A stretch of DNA of 62,826 bases. Source: Bdellovibrionota bacterium (GTDB lineage: Bacteria; Bdellovibrionota_C; UBA2361; JBGSMV01). Each line of letters starts with the position of its first letter. Position 1 is the stretch's first letter. The notes beneath the pieces are model-generated. The model saw only the letters and a program-made list of their open reading frames with translations. It was not told the DNA's origin and searched no databases. Of this stretch, positions 58,194 through 62,826 are shown one piece after another. The DNA lies in contig JBGSMV010000034.1 in NCBI GenBank assembly GCA_041739995.1, forward strand, positions 1-62,826. Reading direction: 5' to 3'. The position numbers and the translations under genes were made by a program.

Positions 58194-59024
58194 CTACTTG
58201 CGGGTCTTCTCAATCTCCGGTTCGCCAGGAGTTGGTCGCGAAAGACTAAAGGCGTGAAGTATTACTTTCTCGCCGCCTTGGTCGTCTTTGGCGAGTTTTG
58301 GATTTAGATCTTTGTCGAAGCGCGCCAAGTAGCCACGCGCCTTTTTGTGGAACAGCTTGGTGTGCGCGACTAGCCAGCGCCGAATCTGAGGCAGATTCTT
58401 TGCTGATATATTGTCATACTCGGTGCGAATGTAGGCTTCTCCGATAGCATCAGGACGGGACATGTTCTGCTCAGTGGCTTGTATAAAGGCTTCGATGTCG
58501 CGAGAAAGCAGCTCTAAACTCTCATCGCTGCCGGGCTCGGTTACCGAACCACCTCTGATAAGCTTCACTCCACGTGAGGTTCTTTTTATCGCCTTGATGC
58601 GCTCAAGTGCATAGAGCACCGTGGGCGGATACACGCCTTTTCGCACTTTGCTCACAAGTTGTAAGAAGCTTGCTCCGTCACCCTCGATTGGCAGAACGCG
58701 AGGGTAGCCTTGTGCCGTATGAAATTCAGGGTCGCGCTCCCATTGCCCAATGACTGATGAAAGTAGTCCTTGCTCGGCAGTGGCCGCAGGGGCTTCTTCG
58801 TGCAGCAATTTTGCGACGTCTTCTCGATAGATGCCCGTAATCATGCTGATACGAGAGGAGTTCACTTTCTCGTCTGCGGCTCGGAGATCGTCGGCGGCGA
58901 TACTCACAAAGAGCTCGCGCAAGGTGGCAAGGGTATCCTGATATGTCACGTGTTGCTGCAAACAGAACTTGACCACCGGCTTAAGGAGGTAGCGAACCAT
59001 GCGGGCTCTAGGCTCTATTGCCAT
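58194..59024 (-). CDS. DUF6502-family protein
   Basis: LLKPVVKFCL...SRISMITGIYREDV...IGQWERDPEF...RTEYDNI; paralog of 17726..18559. Confidence 0.75.
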   Translation of the reverse strand: MAIEPRARMVRYLLKPVVKFCLQQHVTYQDTLATLRELFVSIAADDLRAADEKVNSSRISMITGIYREDVAKLLHEEAPAATAEQGLLSSVIGQWERDPEFHTAQGYPRVLPIEGDGASFLQLVSKVRKGVYPPTVLYALERIKAIKRTSRGVKLIRGGSVTEPGSDESLELLSRDIEAFIQATEQNMSRPDAIGEAYIRTEYDNISAKNLPQIRRWLVAHTKLFHKKARGYLARFDKDLNPKLAKDDQGGEKVILHAFSLSRPTPGEPEIEKTRK

Positions 59025-59533
59025 ACAAGAAACACCAAAACAGAAAGGTAAAGTTCGACAGAATAAGCGCCTTAGTCGTCGTCTACTCTAGGGGTAATTC
59101 GGCGTACTGATAAGATGCCTTAAGGGTCTAGGATCGTTTTTGCTAAATTAGCGCAATTTCCATTTTCCTGAATCAGCATAGCTGCTTGGTCCGGAGTGCG
59201 CAGGCGTAGGGAGTCTGGCTCTGAAGTGTGGTAGGAGTCTGAATTGGCGGATAACTAGTTGGAATGGCTGTCAGTTTGAGCCGATAGAGAGAGTGGGAGC
59301 GGGTTGTGTTTCTGGGCCTCCTCCAGTGGCTGCGCCTTCCTGGTTGCGTGCAAGCCGCAATAACCCCAGGGTGTTCACGGGCTACTGGAGGCCAGCAAAG
59401 CATGGCTGCGTTAGGGGCAAAGAGGCGCTAGGGCTCAGGCGTAGAGGCCTAGAATCAGTAAATACGACTAGTTAGGCGACTTGTGATGCTGCGCGGGGCC
59501 AGTTATCTCAGGCCTATTTGCCCTCAGTTTTCT

Positions 59534-59550
59534 TTGCGGTGTCACCGCAA
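59534..59550. promoter_or_regulatory. TTGCG-N7-CGCAA palindrome (putative regulator site)
   Basis: TTGCGGTGTCACCGCAA, 38 nt from the sigma-54 box. Confidence 0.75.
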
Positions 59551-59588
59551 AATATGGTTCCGCGGGTAGCTTTGGCCTTGGTTCTGAG

Positions 59589-59605
59589 TTGGCCCGCCGC
59601 TTGCT
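59589..59605 (+). promoter_or_regulatory. Sigma-54 promoter of the candidate sRNA
   Basis: TTGGCCCGCCGCTTGCT, GG-N10-GC. Confidence 0.75.
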
Positions 59606-59615
59606 ATAAACTGTC

Positions 59616-59737
59616 TTAACAACCAACCACTCCAAAGGATTGGAGCCCTAACACCACCCAGGAGGCGTTGTTGAGATAAGTGAGCGCGATGCAACAGGCC
59701 CGCATCCGACACCTCTCAACAGCGCCTCCATTTTTTT
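59616..59737 (+). ncRNA. Candidate sigma-54-dependent small RNA (~120 nt)
   Basis: Bounded by a sigma-54 promoter and a 16-bp stem plus T7. Contains AACAACCAACC and the CTCCAA-AGGA-TTGGAG hairpin. No credible ORF. Confidence 0.65.
59661..59737 (+). terminator. Intrinsic terminator-like stem with U-tract
   Basis: GGAGGCGTTGTTGAGA / TCTCAACAGCGCCTCC followed by ATTTTTTT. Confidence 0.75.
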
Positions 59738-60202
59738 GCTCAGCTTGTCGCGTTAACGGGCTCGAGGGTGTCGTTCACAACACTTCTCTACGCAAATCAC
59801 TTTCAGCGGGGGATCCCTGAGTAGGAAGGAGGCCGGCCCTAGTCCAGTGTAGTTAAATCTTGCGTAAACGACGTGTTGAGATCGTGGCAGTAGTCCTCCC
59901 CTGAATGACCGAAAATGCAGCTCGCCGGAGCAGTGCGAGTTTCCGGCCACATACGCCGGAAACTCACTTGGAGCGCTCTTATGAGAAAGAAGAACTGGTG
60001 TCCTGGTCTTATTTTATCTAGTGACTTTATGCTCGGGCACTGGAGATAGTGCGAGCGATCGCATGCCAGGGAGTATGTCGGGGAGCATGGAATGTTGAGA
60101 GATGACGCGCTGAGTTGTGAGTCGCGCGAGCGCCGTAGGACTTGCTAAGCGACCGGGAGAATATAGTGTTTTTGCCGGAAAATTATGATTTTACCGCGCT
60201 CA

Positions 60203-60652
60203 TTAGCGAATCTCTACTGCCGTATGTTCGTTAGCAAATGGGCCTGATGGTTCGCCGACTTCAAATTCAACGGATTGTAAATCTTGATGAGACCCCACAA
60301 TTCCTTTCTCGAGGTGAAACGCTGGGCAAGGTATCTCGCCTGGACCGCCGCATGGGCACAAACCTTCAAGCCAGACACCGATTGCCGCTGAAGCTTCACA
60401 GTCGTACCCGACAATACTTCCTGGGTTGTCATTGTTGGTAGAAGATCCACCGCCAAGGGCGGCCACTTCCTGTCCGGCACGACCAAAAAGCGCAGAAGAA
60501 GTTTCTCCAAGAAGCGAGGTAATTGCTATCGTGGCGAATCCTAACGTCACAAGAATAACAAGATATTCAGGGATAGAGGCGGCCTGCTCGCCTCGACGAG
60601 TGTCTAGGGACTTGTTCGCTATGGAGCGTGCTGTCGTGTTCTCTTGAGCCAT
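60203..60652 (-). CDS. Flp/type IVb-like prepilin with Gly/Cys/Pro-rich tail
   Basis: A|ASIPEY plus hydrophobic helix; GGGSSTNN...PCGGPGEIPCP; GAGGT RBS. Confidence 0.6.
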   Translation of the reverse strand: MAQENTTARSIANKSLDTRRGEQAASIPEYLVILVTLGFATIAITSLLGETSSALFGRAGQEVAALGGGSSTNNDNPGSIVGYDCEASAAIGVWLEGLCPCGGPGEIPCPAFHLEKGIVGSHQDLQSVEFEVGEPSGPFANEHTAVEIR

Positions 60653-61014
60653 AAACCTACCTCGTTTCCTTGGTCTTATAAATGAGCCGACCAAGTTCTC
60701 TAGAGATGTATCCAGGGCTGAAGCACAAGTGCTCCGTGCGACAAGGCCTAAGTCGAGGGATGGGGGCTAAAATACGCTTTGGGACTAGGAGAAACCCGTA
60801 GATATGGAGGTAACCGTCGGAAATTTCTCGTATGCCACGAGGCGGAGAGGGAAGCAACGCAGTTGTCTCACTCGTCCATCTTGGAGCGCGGGCACTAGTT
60901 TAGCCAGGGAAGCTTGCGCCAGAATTGCGTGACTTTTTGTGGACACCGGCGTCGAGTCTAAGCAGCACGTCGGCTAGTACAGTCTAATTAAGCCGATCAC
61001 CGCGTCTTTTGGTG

Positions 61015-61536
61015 TTACTTGCCCGCCGAGGTTTTGGAACCAGCCGCCTGTCGCGGTGGAATGCGCGAAGCAATTTGCACCAGCGTTAGTAGCTCAGGCG
61101 AAAGCGCTCTAAGCTTCTCTTCTATATCCTTTGGGATCTCTGGGGGCGTATAGCCTGTGGTGTCATAGGTCTCGGCTAGGTCCGCAGCAATCTGATTTAT
61201 CTCCCGAAGTTGTGAAAGCTGAGCGTCTGAGAGTTCAATTGGAGCGGACGAGGAGGAGGCAAAGTCTTCGGATGACATTGATTCCGAGTCCCATGAAGCG
61301 GGACTTGAATTAGCAACTTTCTGTGCAGCCTCTTGTCGATCGACTGACGGGGCAGGTTCTTGTGGTTTAGCGTCTAGTCGCGGAGAAGATTCACCTACTA
61401 CTCGCTCATCAGAGGGAATGGCTTTGCGAGGGCCTTTAGTCGTGGGAGCCTTTGAGTCGTCGGCTATCCAAGAGCCGAGTGCGATACCGATCACAAAGAT
61501 TAAGACCAGAGCAATAATCGAGACTAACTTGGACAT
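61015..61536 (-). CDS. Hypothetical membrane-anchored protein with Ser-rich linker
   Basis: N-terminal TM helix, low-complexity middle, helical C-terminus. Confidence 0.65.
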   Translation of the reverse strand: MSKLVSIIALVLIFVIGIALGSWIADDSKAPTTKGPRKAIPSDERVVGESSPRLDAKPQEPAPSVDRQEAAQKVANSSPASWDSESMSSEDFASSSSAPIELSDAQLSQLREINQIAADLAETYDTTGYTPPEIPKDIEEKLRALSPELLTLVQIASRIPPRQAAGSKTSAGK

Positions 61537-61785
61537 GGGGGAACTCCAAAAAGGGTTCAATCGAGGATATAGTATCTGACCTGAGCTCAGTTGGAAGTAA
61601 GTTTAATAATGGTGATTTCGGAGGAAAACCCCGACCATGAGACCATGCCAAATAACTGGGCAGGCGCGACTCAACGCCAGAGTGGAGGCCTCATGCGGGT
61701 TCTCCTGGTGAATGTATGCATTTAATGCTTCGCGCACTCTAAATGTTCGTCTATTGTTTGTGAGAATTGCTGGCCTTTCTGGTCA

Positions 61786-62472
61786 GTGATGAGGAGGTGG
61801 GGTATGCGCTGGGCACAAAGACACGTAGAAAATAGAGACAGATATCGAAGTGCCAAGTTCTTGGGCCGTTTGCTCTGTGTGCTTGCTTTAATCCTGCTAG
61901 TCGCCAACCCTGCTTTAAGTCAACAGAGTAGCCGTTCGGGGTCGAAAACCTTGTATACCTGGGAAGACGAGCGCGGTGTTCAACACTTTACCTCTTCAAA
62001 GCAAGAGGCAGTCGCCAAGGGCGCGGAGGTAAAAAAGGCGGATCTTGCGCCCATAATGCGTGGAGAGTTGAAGATTCCAGCCACTCAAGCAGTTAGCTGT
62101 GTCCCCCATGGCGGCATTGACTGTGCCGCAGGCTCGGATGCCGATGGTTCCGTGCTGTGCGTTGATGGGTTTAGAGACGCCTCCCCGAGGTTTCGCTTTA
62201 GCTGCTCGGCCGTTCATCTTGAGGTGGCCGACATTACGGTAGATGAAGATCAGAACATAGTGACAGTGTTTATTCGCAATCGCTCTCAAATCTCCGCTGA
62301 GCAAGTGCGGATTTCTCTTCGAGGAAAGGAAGCGAACCTTGCGCTCGTAGGTCCTGAAACAATCGAAGGTTTCGGACTTGAGCGCTATGAAGCTACCGCG
62401 CCGGAAGGACACCGTGCGTCGGTTGCGTCGAAGAGCTCTGTGAAAGTCGCGTGCGTGAACTGTGGAGCATAG
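61786..62472 (+). CDS. Secreted DUF4124-domain protein
   Basis: Signal peptide then LYTWEDERGVQHFTS; Cys-containing C-terminal region. Confidence 0.75.
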   Translation: MMRRWGMRWAQRHVENRDRYRSAKFLGRLLCVLALILLVANPALSQQSSRSGSKTLYTWEDERGVQHFTSSKQEAVAKGAEVKKADLAPIMRGELKIPATQAVSCVPHGGIDCAAGSDADGSVLCVDGFRDASPRFRFSCSAVHLEVADITVDEDQNIVTVFIRNRSQISAEQVRISLRGKEANLALVGPETIEGFGLERYEATAPEGHRASVASKSSVKVACVNCGA

Positions 62473-62826
62473 CTTCGAAATTCTCGCAGTTGGATTAATT
62501 TAGCCCTCTAAAAGACCCGTTTTACATAGTTTCGGCTAAGGGACGGGCGACCTGGGCGTCTTAATTTGTCGCGGCATAATTCTTGTACTTCCAAACCATT
62601 GGTGGTGCCAGCGGGCTGGATTCTGTGGCCCCAGTTCCTCTCTTGAGGATCCTCTGGGGCAGGCTTTTGGTGGTGGTAGCAATGAATAGCTGGTGTTTAA
62701 ATCTTTCTCGTGGTTTGCGTCGTGGTCGGCACAGTAGCGGTACGTCGGTCATTGAATATACGCTTCTATTGGCGAGCATCTGTCTTTTTGCCCCTCTAGC
62801 GCTCAATAGCGTTTCCAACACCGTTT

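Noticed and set aside
62561..62821. 86-aa ORF at the window end
   Set aside because: No recognisable motif; cannot be judged without flanking sequence.

Overview
Bacterial chromosomal window of about 52% GC. The lineage is not determined; the protein style suggests a Bdellovibrionota/deltaproteobacteria-like organism, which is inference. Housekeeping genes include glnA, rbsK, mgsA, topA, mnmG, an RluA-family synthase, a short mutY and yjbQ. They are interleaved with accessory loci: a methyltransferase-FAD oxidoreductase-type III PKS operon; an aspA-dcuA-OprD-NhaP / DUF3300-DUF2950 / YdiK / DASS transport block; three paralogous secreted c-type cytochromes; a cytochrome-DUF1800-DUF1501 operon; three orphan Flp-like pilins; two DUF6502 genes; and a three-gene operon of secreted beta-propeller proteins, two with C-terminal dockerin-like repeats. 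Main signals read from the DNA: (1) a sigma-54 regulon in which a 17-bp palindrome TTGCG-N7-CGCAA lies 36-38 nt upstream of the -24/-12 box at four promoters; (2) one of these promoters drives an unannotated ~120-nt sRNA with CA-rich motifs, an AGGA-loop hairpin and an intrinsic terminator, and a second look-alike occurs elsewhere, each lying near a DUF6502 gene and an Flp-like pilin; (3) an orphan flagellin whose variable region carries a dockerin-like repeat 14/18 identical to that of a neighbouring secreted protein; (4) a recurring basic two-Cys N-terminal domain on four secreted proteins. No rRNA, tRNA, CRISPR array or intact transposase was recognised. All family calls come from motif recognition, not database searches.
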